From: an uncultured Saprospiraceae bacterium
Lineage (GTDB): Bacteria; Bacteroidota; Bacteroidia; Chitinophagales; Saprospiraceae
Length of the DNA: 64,000 nucleotides
Direction of reading: 5' to 3'
Assembly: GCA_965652315.1 (NCBI GenBank)
Contig: CBFGVZ010000001.1
Location: 2,147-66,146, forward strand
Made by a program: the position numbers and the translations under genes. Below the pieces are notes generated by a model. The model made no database searches. It worked only from the letters and a program-made list of their open reading frames with translations, and was not told where the DNA came from. This document shows positions 8,035 to 16,569 of the stretch, piece after piece. Every line of letters starts with the position of its first letter. Position 1 is the first letter of the stretch.

Positions 8035-9300
8035 ATGTTATATACCATTCTTCGACCGACCACCCGGATTGTACTTCGGGGGTACTACCGGAAAATATTT
8101 GTGAATGGCCAGCACAATATTCCCCGAGGCCAACCGGTAATACTGGCAGTGAACCATCCATCAGCCTTTACCGAGCCCTGCGTCCTGGCCACCCATCTGG
8201 ACCGGGTGTTGCATTTTCTGATAAGGGGCGATATCATCAATCCCAGGGTAAAATGGTTTTTTGATCAGACAAATCAACTGCCCATTTACCGGTTTAGGGA
8301 TGGTTTTTCAAGTATGCGGCAGAATGAAAAACAATTTAGCTATTGTTTTGATTTGCTGGCGAACAAAGGCTGTATCGCTATTTTCGCCGAAGGCAGTACC
8401 TGTCACATCAAGCAAACGAGACCGATTCAGAAGGGTGCGGCCCGGATTGCTTTTGGTGCCTTACAAAACCGTGATATGGAAGAGGTGTGGATTGTCCCTG
8501 TGGGCGTGAATTTTGAATCCTCTCCGAGGCCCCGGTCAGTTGTAGCGGTGGAAGTAGGTGAACCGATTTCTACTCGTGCCCTGTATAATACGTATATATC
8601 CGATGAAAGAGCGGGACTGAAGGAATTGACAGACCTGATATTTCAGGGCTTACAAAAGCAAATGGTCGATATTCAGAATAATGACCGACTACAAATGGCG
8701 AATGATCTCCTGTTAATGGCCTCCAACGACATTCCATTGCGCACCCTGCCAGTTGCGGAATACGATACATCTGACTTTTTCGATAGACTTAATGCCGTGG
8801 CTGATGCGATAAATAGGATGCCTGCGGAGACATGGAGTCAATTGCAAGATCTGGTAGGGGACTACCACAACGGACTGCGCGCTTCAGGATTATCAGACCC
8901 CCGTTCTGAGCAATCAGCGACTGTTCTGGCCGGATGGCTTCTGATGACACCACTGGCGTTAGCCGGATGGCTGTTTTTAGGCCCTGTTTACCTGATTGCT
9001 TTCAGTTTACAAAAAAAACTGAACCGTAAGGATGAGTACGTTTCGGGATTTCGGATGGCTGGATTTTTGGTGTTTGTGCCCGTGTTTATTCTGTTGTGGA
9101 TGGTGGCGTGTTTCCCCTTCATCAGGTGGTGGGTTGTAGCGTTTCCGGTCCTTTTACCCCTTTTATCGATGGTGGCGGTATGGTGGCTGGACCATATGAA
9201 ATCATGGCAGGTGCAGTGGAAATGGAATCGTACGCGTGAGACTTCCCGGACCAACCTGATGAATCAACGACGGAAGATTATGGGGTATTTGTCTAAGTAA
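8035..9300 (+). CDS. PlsC-family (1-acyl-sn-glycerol-3-phosphate) acyltransferase with C-terminal TM region
   Basis: NHPSAFTEP, FAEG and VPVGVNF motifs; hydrophobic C-terminal helices. Confidence 0.8.
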   Translation: MLYTILRPTTRIVLRGYYRKIFVNGQHNIPRGQPVILAVNHPSAFTEPCVLATHLDRVLHFLIRGDIINPRVKWFFDQTNQLPIYRFRDGFSSMRQNEKQFSYCFDLLANKGCIAIFAEGSTCHIKQTRPIQKGAARIAFGALQNRDMEEVWIVPVGVNFESSPRPRSVVAVEVGEPISTRALYNTYISDERAGLKELTDLIFQGLQKQMVDIQNNDRLQMANDLLLMASNDIPLRTLPVAEYDTSDFFDRLNAVADAINRMPAETWSQLQDLVGDYHNGLRASGLSDPRSEQSATVLAGWLLMTPLALAGWLFLGPVYLIAFSLQKKLNRKDEYVSGFRMAGFLVFVPVFILLWMVACFPFIRWWVVAFPVLLPLLSMVAVWWLDHMKSWQVQWKWNRTRETSRTNLMNQRRKIMGYLSK

Positions 9301-9364
9301 GGAGCAGGGGCACACCGGTTTCAACCATATTATTGCGATAGAACTGCCCTTGTTGTGATGGTGC

Positions 9365-10168
9365 TCAGTTTTCTCCCAGTTCTCGGGCTCTTCGATAGGC
9401 CGCCAGTGCACCGTTGATAATTCCAGATTTTACATTTTCCGATTCATAGCTTTGGATGGCCGCTTCAGTAGTACCGCCTCGACTGGACACCCGCCGAATC
9501 CATTCCTGACAGGAGAAATCATTTTTGTGGAAAAGATCTACCGTTCCCTGGAAAGTCTGCCAGGACAACAATTCCGCTTCGGACTTTGAAAATCCCAGTT
9601 TTTCTGCTGCCTCCATCAGTGATTCCATAAAATAAAATACATATGCCGGGCCGCTTCCAGAAATGGCCGTAGCAGAATCAAGCAGGTCTTCATTTTTGAC
9701 AAACAGGGTTTTTCCGGTCGTATTGAGTAGATTCTGAACGGCGATTAGTTCATCACGATTGACCTCCGTCGTGGAGGTGAAAACCGTCATTCCCCGGCTG
9801 ATCTGTGAGGGGAGGTTGGGCATGGCGCGGATAATCTTTTCCAGGCCTATTGCATTTCGCAACGTATCAATCCGGACCCCGGCCATGATAGACAACAATA
9901 TTTGATCCCGTGTAACCAGAGATTTGATTTGATCGTATACCTGCGGGGCATCCTGTGGCTTGACCGCAAGAATAATCAGTTCTGCCTCAGCAATACAGGT
10001 TTCCGGCGTCCCGTGTATCGTTCCGAGATTTAGCTTGGCCAATTCTCTGGCTTTTTCCTCCGATTTTTCCAGGATCATCATTTGTTCTTCGCTGGCGATA
10101 TGGGACCGCAAAAAACTTTGCATGTAGGTCTGCCCCATGTTACCTCCCCCAATGACCAAAATTTTCAT
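9365..10168 (-). CDS. proC: Pyrroline-5-carboxylate reductase
   Basis: Start moved to ATG 10168 (MKILVIGGGNMG). Motifs RAMPN, SGSGPAY and SRGGTT. Confidence 0.95.
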   Translation of the reverse strand: MKILVIGGGNMGQTYMQSFLRSHIASEEQMMILEKSEEKARELAKLNLGTIHGTPETCIAEAELIILAVKPQDAPQVYDQIKSLVTRDQILLSIMAGVRIDTLRNAIGLEKIIRAMPNLPSQISRGMTVFTSTTEVNRDELIAVQNLLNTTGKTLFVKNEDLLDSATAISGSGPAYVFYFMESLMEAAEKLGFSKSEAELLSWQTFQGTVDLFHKNDFSCQEWIRRVSSRGGTTEAAIQSYESENVKSGIINGALAAYRRARELGEN

Positions 10169-10329
10169 ATTATTAATTGTAGAATGTGTTACTTTTAATA
10201 TTTCCGGACTGACAATCGGTAAAAACCCGTATATTGAGATACACTTGTGATACCACGATGTTTGCAAAGACCAAATATAATATCTTCTCCCGCAATTTGA
10301 CGGGTAAGTTTTTGGCCCCGGACAGAAAT

Positions 10330-11415
10330 ATGAACATTTTATATCGAGGTCGGTTCGCAGTGTGCGCTGGCTTTTGTTTCTTTGCGTTGGCACCGCTCTC
10401 CGGTCAGATACGTGTAAATGATCGCCCCGGCCACACATTTGCCCCCGTCCCGATCGTATCATTCACACCAGAAACCAACTGGGCCTTCGGATTACGGGCC
10501 ACTTATACTTTTCATCGGGATTCCCTGCAATCACGCCCCAGTACCATTGGGTTGAGTGGTGTATATACGTTGCGGAATCAATTCTTATCCCGTTTTTCGT
10601 TTAATTTGTACGAGCCTGAAAAACGGTGGGAACTGGATGGTGAAATTGGTTATTTCAATTATAGATACAAATACTGGGGCATTGGTAACCAGGTGGCTGG
10701 TGATCAGTTGGAGACTTATGGCGTTCGATTTCCAAGATTGCAGCTCAATCCCAGATTTATTTTATCGCGCTGGTGGCGGATCGGATTGAAGGCTGATTTT
10801 CAAAAATATTCCCGTCTTGATATAGAAACCGGAGGTGAGTTGGATCGGCTTCAGCGGACGGGTATAAGCGGAGGTTTTGTAAATGGTCTTGGATTGGAAC
10901 TACAATATGATGGCCGGGAGCATACCATTTTTCCGGTGAATGGCTGGTACGCTTCGTTATCTGCGATATTATATGATCCGGTATGGGGTTCTGATTATTC
11001 GTTTACCGCTTCCCAACTGGATATTCGTACCTATCAGAATGTAGCGGGTGGGATCATTTGGGCCAGCCAATTATTGGCTACAATGCGGAGCGGTCCTGAA
11101 ATCCCCTTTTACCATTTGTCACTCCTGGGGGGGGTGCATATAATGCGTGGGTACTTTGAAGGCCGATACCGAAATCAAAATATGTGGGCATTCCAGTCTG
11201 AATTACGGTTGCCGGTATGGCGTCGTTTTTTCATCGTTCCATTTGCTTCGATGGGAGATGTTTTTGATTTTGAAGAATACCACCGATCGATTCGCCTGGC
11301 CGGGGGAATGGGGCTTCGTTATATCGTTGATCATGAGAATCGGGTTAACATACGGGCCGATGTGGCTTATGGTGAAAATTTCCAATTCTATCTTTCCATA
11401 ATGGAAGCATTTTAG
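10330..11415 (+). CDS. Omp85/BamA-TamA-like beta-barrel outer membrane protein without POTRA domains
   Basis: Likely start ATG 10330 with a signal peptide. Motifs YDGREHTIFP.NG.Y, LGG...MRGYFEGRYR and C-terminal FYLSIMEAF. Confidence 0.75.
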   Translation: MNILYRGRFAVCAGFCFFALAPLSGQIRVNDRPGHTFAPVPIVSFTPETNWAFGLRATYTFHRDSLQSRPSTIGLSGVYTLRNQFLSRFSFNLYEPEKRWELDGEIGYFNYRYKYWGIGNQVAGDQLETYGVRFPRLQLNPRFILSRWWRIGLKADFQKYSRLDIETGGELDRLQRTGISGGFVNGLGLELQYDGREHTIFPVNGWYASLSAILYDPVWGSDYSFTASQLDIRTYQNVAGGIIWASQLLATMRSGPEIPFYHLSLLGGVHIMRGYFEGRYRNQNMWAFQSELRLPVWRRFFIVPFASMGDVFDFEEYHRSIRLAGGMGLRYIVDHENRVNIRADVAYGENFQFYLSIMEAF

Positions 11416-11448
11416 ATACTTTTCCGTTACAATACCGTGAACTAATTC

Positions 11449-12147
11449 ATGCAGGAGAAATACAATACGCTGATCAGCATTATCATACCCGTACTCAATC
11501 ACGAAGACAGCATCGGTTCATGCCTCGAACATTTGGTGGCTTATGGGCGCAATGCCGAAATCATCGTAGTTGATGGTGGGAGTGAAGATTCTACCGTAGC
11601 AATAGCTCAGGATTATCCGGTACGTGTTTACGCCGGTCCTCCTGGTCGGTCAGCCCGGTTGAATTTTGGGGCCACAAAAGCCAATCGGGATATATTTTAT
11701 TTTCTCGACCCGGAGACCTTGCCACCCGAGACCTTTGTAGAGGATATATATAGCAGCTTGTTACAGGGCTCCGCCGGGGGTTGTTTCCGGATTCGGTACG
11801 TGAAGGGTGCCTGGTTAACCACTCTTCATAGCTATATGTCGCGGCTAAAGATCAAATGGCCGGGGGGATGGGATCAGAGTCTTTTCTTGTTTGCCCACCG
11901 GTTTGAACAACTGGGCGGATTTGATGAAACGCTGGAGATTATGGAGGATTTTGACCTGGTGGACCGACTGCGTCGGGAGGGAAAGTTTGATGTGATACCC
12001 AATGAAATACGTGTGAATCCGCGAAAATATCGCAATATTTCATATCTGAAGGTCCAAATGGCCAATATTCTGGTTTATCAAATGTACCGGCTGGGATATA
12101 GTCAGGAAGTGCTAAAAAATGCTTATTCCCGACTGCTTGAACGGTGA
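11449..12147 (+). CDS. Glycosyltransferase family 2 (TIGR04283-like)
   Basis: SIIIPVLN, VVDGGSED, LN.GA, GGFDE...MEDFDL and S/NPRKY motifs. Confidence 0.8.
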   Translation: MQEKYNTLISIIIPVLNHEDSIGSCLEHLVAYGRNAEIIVVDGGSEDSTVAIAQDYPVRVYAGPPGRSARLNFGATKANRDIFYFLDPETLPPETFVEDIYSSLLQGSAGGCFRIRYVKGAWLTTLHSYMSRLKIKWPGGWDQSLFLFAHRFEQLGGFDETLEIMEDFDLVDRLRREGKFDVIPNEIRVNPRKYRNISYLKVQMANILVYQMYRLGYSQEVLKNAYSRLLER

Positions 12148-12305
12148 ATTTTTCGACCTTTTCTATTTCCTTCACCTGTTTTTGGGAAGTTTATTCAAAT
12201 TATTCAAATTTTTTGAACCTTTTAATCGCTGGTAATTGTTGGTAATATACGATCTCAAGGGACTTATTGATGAAAAGTAGAGAATGGCAATCAAAATTTA
12301 ACATT

Positions 12306-12785
12306 ATGAAGCAATTACTTTTCCTATTAACTGCCCTTCAACTCGCCTTACCAGGCTGGAGCCAATCCGATAGCTTTTCGGATGAAGACCTGGCCATTAT
12401 GGCAGTGATTAAGAAAGAAACCCAATCATTTTTTATTGGAGAATATGAGGATTGGAAGAATTGCTGGGTCCACAGCGATGATATTTATTTTGAGTGGGTT
12501 CGCAGCAATGTCCATCACTTCTATACCAAATGGTCAGATCTGGATCGCGTAATGAGGCCGATCATTACGGAAAATGTTGGAAATGGCGATTTGTTCTACT
12601 CCCAGCGTGATGATATCAAGATCATGCAGGAGGGAGATGTAGCCTGGGTGACGTACCGACAGGATCTCAGTGGCGATATATCCAATGAACAACGTATCCT
12701 GGTGAAGGAAGATGGTGAATGGAAAATCACCATGGTTACTGTGGTAGCTTCTGAAACATTCCCAAAGTTTGAAGCTACAAGATAG
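12306..12785 (+). CDS. Secreted NTF2/SnoaL-like protein
   Basis: Signal peptide MKQLLFLLTALQLALPGWSQ and a C-terminal L.KEDGEWKI motif; alternative start at 12267. Confidence 0.65.
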   Translation: MKQLLFLLTALQLALPGWSQSDSFSDEDLAIMAVIKKETQSFFIGEYEDWKNCWVHSDDIYFEWVRSNVHHFYTKWSDLDRVMRPIITENVGNGDLFYSQRDDIKIMQEGDVAWVTYRQDLSGDISNEQRILVKEDGEWKITMVTVVASETFPKFEATR

Positions 12786-12800
12786 GACGGGAATTATGCA

Positions 12801-12825
12801 TATACAGGTATTCATGGCCTGTATA
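12801..12825. terminator. Hairpin just downstream of the NTF2-like gene
   Basis: TATACAGG-N9-CCTGTATA; there is no clear U-tract. Confidence 0.3.
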
Positions 12826-13053
12826 ACATGACAGAAAGAAACTTTAGTCAGTTTAAATTAATTTATCTGACAAGGGTATTTTATTGAAATAATTAAATTT
12901 TAGTACATCTCAATGCCATCAGTATGACCAGGAATGAGTCTTAAGTTAATTACCATATCTGATTTTTAGCATGATGTGAATCCAGGGATGATGTGAAATT
13001 TGGAAACAGACCGATTGCTTAAAGTTGTTTCAGAACCAAAAAAATGATACAAT

Positions 13054-13500
13054 ATGGAAAAGAATATTATACGACCACGCATTTTCCACCGGAAGATTCG
13101 GGTGGTTATTTTAATCCTCATTATCGGATTTTTCCTACTTGGCGTATTTCAGTTGACCCAGTCTCTTGTACAGGGCCACAGTGCACGATTTGACATACGC
13201 GACTGGAGCTTCGCTTTCTGGTTTGTCATAAGTGCGTTCATGATCCTGGTTTACCTGGATCAGGAGGAAAAGGCTAAATATTACATCCGGTGGAATGATA
13301 CCGAATTGTTTTACAAACTGGACAAGGGACCAGAACAGAAACTGGACCTGTCAGAAGTTCGGCGGGTTAACGCCAATTACTCGAAGGTGTTTTTTTATAT
13401 GAAGGATGGATCGGTCCAATTGGTCAATTTTTATTCGCTCGATCCCCGGTTCAAGGATGTTCAGAAAGCTATGTCTATCAATGAGAAACTCATCCTTTGA
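13054..13500 (+). CDS. Hypothetical membrane protein (2 TM plus small beta-rich, PH-like domain)
   Basis: 148 aa ORF with two hydrophobic segments followed by YYIRWNDTELFYK...LDLSEVRRV. Confidence 0.6.
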   Translation: MEKNIIRPRIFHRKIRVVILILIIGFFLLGVFQLTQSLVQGHSARFDIRDWSFAFWFVISAFMILVYLDQEEKAKYYIRWNDTELFYKLDKGPEQKLDLSEVRRVNANYSKVFFYMKDGSVQLVNFYSLDPRFKDVQKAMSINEKLIL

Positions 13501-13671
13501 GTGGCTTGTATGCATACGAAATGGCTCAGATTTTCACTTTTGTATGATAATATCACACTGATTTCTGAAGCATTGAATTTGAATCCATCATTGTGCCGGA
13601 GTATTTGGGCAGAAACCCATTGAACGTCCATTATTTTGTGAAATTTCAAACCCGAAACCAGAAATTATTTA

Positions 13672-13679
13672 TAATTTTG
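13672..13679 (+). promoter_or_regulatory. Bacteroidota -7 promoter box
   Basis: TAATTTTG matches TAnnTTTG, 66 nt upstream of the ATG at 13746. Confidence 0.5.
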
Positions 13680-13745
13680 TCGCCACCGGCTACAACCAAT
13701 GGATAATTGGGACCATCCGGTTAGAACGTTAAATAATCCAAACTG

Positions 13746-14981
13746 ATGAAATTTCACATAGCTACTCCCCGGCTCAATGGGCTGTTGTATATCCTGACAA
13801 CGTTCATTCTGACCTTTTTTGTATCCTGTACAACCGAAGATGAAATACAGCCTGAACAGACTGAATTAACGGTGGGAGCAATTCTTTCACTCAACGGACA
13901 GTGGTCCACGCTGGGACTAAACTCACAAGCTGCCCTCAATGTGGCAGCTTCAGAAATCAATGAATATTTCCAATCAACAGGGTATAACGCCCGGATTGAA
14001 GTTCAGATTTATGACAGTGGATTGGACCCGTTCAAAGCTTTGCAGCATCTGGAAACTGCAAAGTCTGAGGGAATCCGGATTGTCATTGGTCCGCAGTCCA
14101 GTGCTGAACTGTCTGCTCTGAAACGCTATGCGGATGAACATAATATATTGGTAATCAGCAACGGGAGTACTGCTGGCAGCCTGAGTCTTCCGGGTGATAA
14201 TATTTATCGGTTTTGTCCGGATGGAACATTGGAAGGCCAGGCATTAGCCCGGAAAATATATGCGGACGGTGTACGGGGACTGGTAACAGTAGCCCGGAGC
14301 GATGTAGGAAATGTAGGGTTGGAGGAGGATTTGAGGTCGGCTTTTGAATCCCTGGGCGGAACTGTTTATGGAATTGAGCCATACGGGGAAGATGAAACAG
14401 TATTCAGCGCTGTGATTGCTGACATAGAATCATCCCTTACCACTGCAATTGAAGTGCACGGAATGGAGTCTTCCGCTGTATATATTGCAGCATTTGATGA
14501 GGGAGTCACTTTGTTTGATCAGGCAGTAGACCATTCTTTGCTGACTTCAGTGAATTGGTATGGTGGAGATGGCCTGGTGAGTAGTGAGGCATTGGTCAAT
14601 AACCCAGATGCTGCTGAGTTTGCAATAGCTACACAATTTATCGCACCTAACTTTGCGCTCCCGGAAAATGCCCGGCCATCCTGGGAGCCTCTGTCGAATG
14701 CCATCGAAGCAGAAACCGGACTGACGGCTTCTGCATTTGCACTGGCTTGTTATGACGCGCTCTGGGTAGCAGCACTGACCACCGAATCGTTACAGCATTC
14801 ATCCGGAGAATTTGCTGAATTGAAACAAGCCTTTCGGGATCGGGCCAAAATTTATTTTGGTGCTACAGGCCCAACCCAGTTGAACGAGAATGGAGATAGG
14901 TCGATTGCAGCATTTGGCTTCTGGGGTGTCGAAAAAGTGAACGACACCTTTCAGTGGAAATTGGTATCCAGTTCCGAGTAA
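13746..14981 (+). CDS. Type 1 periplasmic-binding-fold lipoprotein (branched-chain amino acid SBP / LppC-like)
   Basis: Lipobox FFVSC; VGAILSLNG, IVIGPQSSA, YRFCPD, AYDALWV and GATGPTQLNENGDR motifs. Confidence 0.8.
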   Translation: MKFHIATPRLNGLLYILTTFILTFFVSCTTEDEIQPEQTELTVGAILSLNGQWSTLGLNSQAALNVAASEINEYFQSTGYNARIEVQIYDSGLDPFKALQHLETAKSEGIRIVIGPQSSAELSALKRYADEHNILVISNGSTAGSLSLPGDNIYRFCPDGTLEGQALARKIYADGVRGLVTVARSDVGNVGLEEDLRSAFESLGGTVYGIEPYGEDETVFSAVIADIESSLTTAIEVHGMESSAVYIAAFDEGVTLFDQAVDHSLLTSVNWYGGDGLVSSEALVNNPDAAEFAIATQFIAPNFALPENARPSWEPLSNAIEAETGLTASAFALACYDALWVAALTTESLQHSSGEFAELKQAFRDRAKIYFGATGPTQLNENGDRSIAAFGFWGVEKVNDTFQWKLVSSSE

Positions 14982-15128
14982 GCCCCGGATGACGGTCCTG
15001 AAATGGTTTGTTAGGGGGTAGGTCTGAACTTGCGCGACTCATTTTGGCCAAAAACTTACAGTCAATAATTACGACCAAAAGTCCTCAGACAACTTGTCCC
15101 TTCACCATTCTTCACACATATTCTTTCT

Positions 15129-16463
15129 TTACACCTTCGGTTCCCAACCTTTTTCATACGAACCTTTCCAGAATTTTTTTCCGGCGGCGGTCTTCAGGCT
15201 TCCATTTTCTGGATTGACTTCCAGTACGTCATCGATCCGGTAGGCAATATTGGCATAGTGGGTCATATTTGTGCTGATAGAGCCTTCTGTAATCGGAGAA
15301 TGCTGTTCTACAGACCTGTCGCGTATAACCGCACCAAAATTCATGATGTGTTTTTCCGTCAGACTACCGCCACCTACCAGGTTCTGACTTTGGGTAGAAG
15401 CCATTTCTTCGTTTTCCTGACCAACTTCGATCTCTTTGCCATCGGCATCGTAAAGTACGTATCCGGCCCGGTCGAGTAGCATAGAACCTTCAGATCCGAA
15501 TACCAGGACGCCACGGCTTCGTCCCAGTCTGTTGATCCCGCTCCGGGAATTACCGTCCCAGGTAATGATTTTGTTTCCCGGATATTTCCAGGTGACGTGT
15601 ATGGTATCGTACATTTCCCAATCAGAACCCTGAAAGCGACCTTTTACTCCATGAGACGTAACCGATTCGGGATGCTGCTGGTCGAGCGCCCACCGGGCTA
15701 CATCGATTTCGTGCGTGGCATTGTTCCCCGTCTCACCGGTGCCGTACTTCCAAAACCAGTGCCAGTTGTAATGCACATAATTGTCAAAGTAAGGTTCCCG
15801 GACTGCTGGGCCTTGCCAGAGTTCCCAATTCAACCATTCCGGTACCGCAGTACGTTTTCCATTTCCGATGGATCCACGGTTGTTTGCGTACCAGGTATCA
15901 GCCATGTAAACTTCCCCGATACGACCATCCCGGATCATCTGGATCCCTTCGATATTTTTTTCAGAAGAACGCTGTTGATTGCCCATTTGCACGACGCGGT
16001 CATATTTTTCAGAGGCCTTGATAAATATTTCCCCTTCCCATGGATTGTGGCTGGCCGGCTTTTCCACATAGACATGCTTTCCTGCTTCGCACGCCAAAAT
16101 ACCGATCGGAGCGTGCAAGTGGTCCGGGGTCGCGATCACGACAGCGTCTATATCAGACTGGTCCAGCAATTCCCGAAAATCTTCGATCGTTTTGGGTTCA
16201 TGGTTCTGAATAGCTGTCACCGATTCTTTGCTTTTTGCAAGAGCCCGCTTATCCACATCGCAGAGGTAATTAACCTGAAAACCAGGTAATTTGGCATAGG
16301 TGTCCGCCAGGTATTTGCCCCGGCTATTGACGCCGATCACGCCAACGTGAATCGTGTCAGCAGGGGATATGGAGCGCGGTGATTTCCACATAATCGGCGT
16401 GATCATATACGCACCCGTACCGGCCATCCCGGTCTTTATAAATTTTCTTCTAGAAGCTTTCAT
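15129..16463 (-). CDS. Gfo/Idh/MocA oxidoreductase with Tat signal
   Basis: Start ATG 16463 MKASRRKFIK; ATPDHLHA...GKHVYVEKP and NNATHEID motifs. Confidence 0.92.
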   Translation of the reverse strand: MKASRRKFIKTGMAGTGAYMITPIMWKSPRSISPADTIHVGVIGVNSRGKYLADTYAKLPGFQVNYLCDVDKRALAKSKESVTAIQNHEPKTIEDFRELLDQSDIDAVVIATPDHLHAPIGILACEAGKHVYVEKPASHNPWEGEIFIKASEKYDRVVQMGNQQRSSEKNIEGIQMIRDGRIGEVYMADTWYANNRGSIGNGKRTAVPEWLNWELWQGPAVREPYFDNYVHYNWHWFWKYGTGETGNNATHEIDVARWALDQQHPESVTSHGVKGRFQGSDWEMYDTIHVTWKYPGNKIITWDGNSRSGINRLGRSRGVLVFGSEGSMLLDRAGYVLYDADGKEIEVGQENEEMASTQSQNLVGGGSLTEKHIMNFGAVIRDRSVEQHSPITEGSISTNMTHYANIAYRIDDVLEVNPENGSLKTAAGKKFWKGSYEKGWEPKV

Positions 16464-16569
16464 TCGATAATATTTAAGGTTTAAAACGTTTAAGTTACAC
16501 AATTTCCGGATTCAACCTGGATTTTGCCGGAATATTTCACTCCGACGGGCTATTTGTTAACACCCTGTT

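Noticed and set aside
10169-10462. 98-aa N-terminal extension of ProC in the ORF track
   Set aside because: It overlaps the divergent Omp85 gene, and ProC homology begins at MKILVIGGG (10168).
6672-12147. Arsenic/arsenosugar cluster (arsC plus TIGR04283-like GT)
   Set aside because: The genes are 4.4 kb apart with unrelated housekeeping genes between them; no arsR, arsM, arsB or acr3.
15597-16289. 230-aa plus-strand ORF and many similar short ORFs in the track
   Set aside because: Antisense or alternate-frame ORFs inside well-supported genes.
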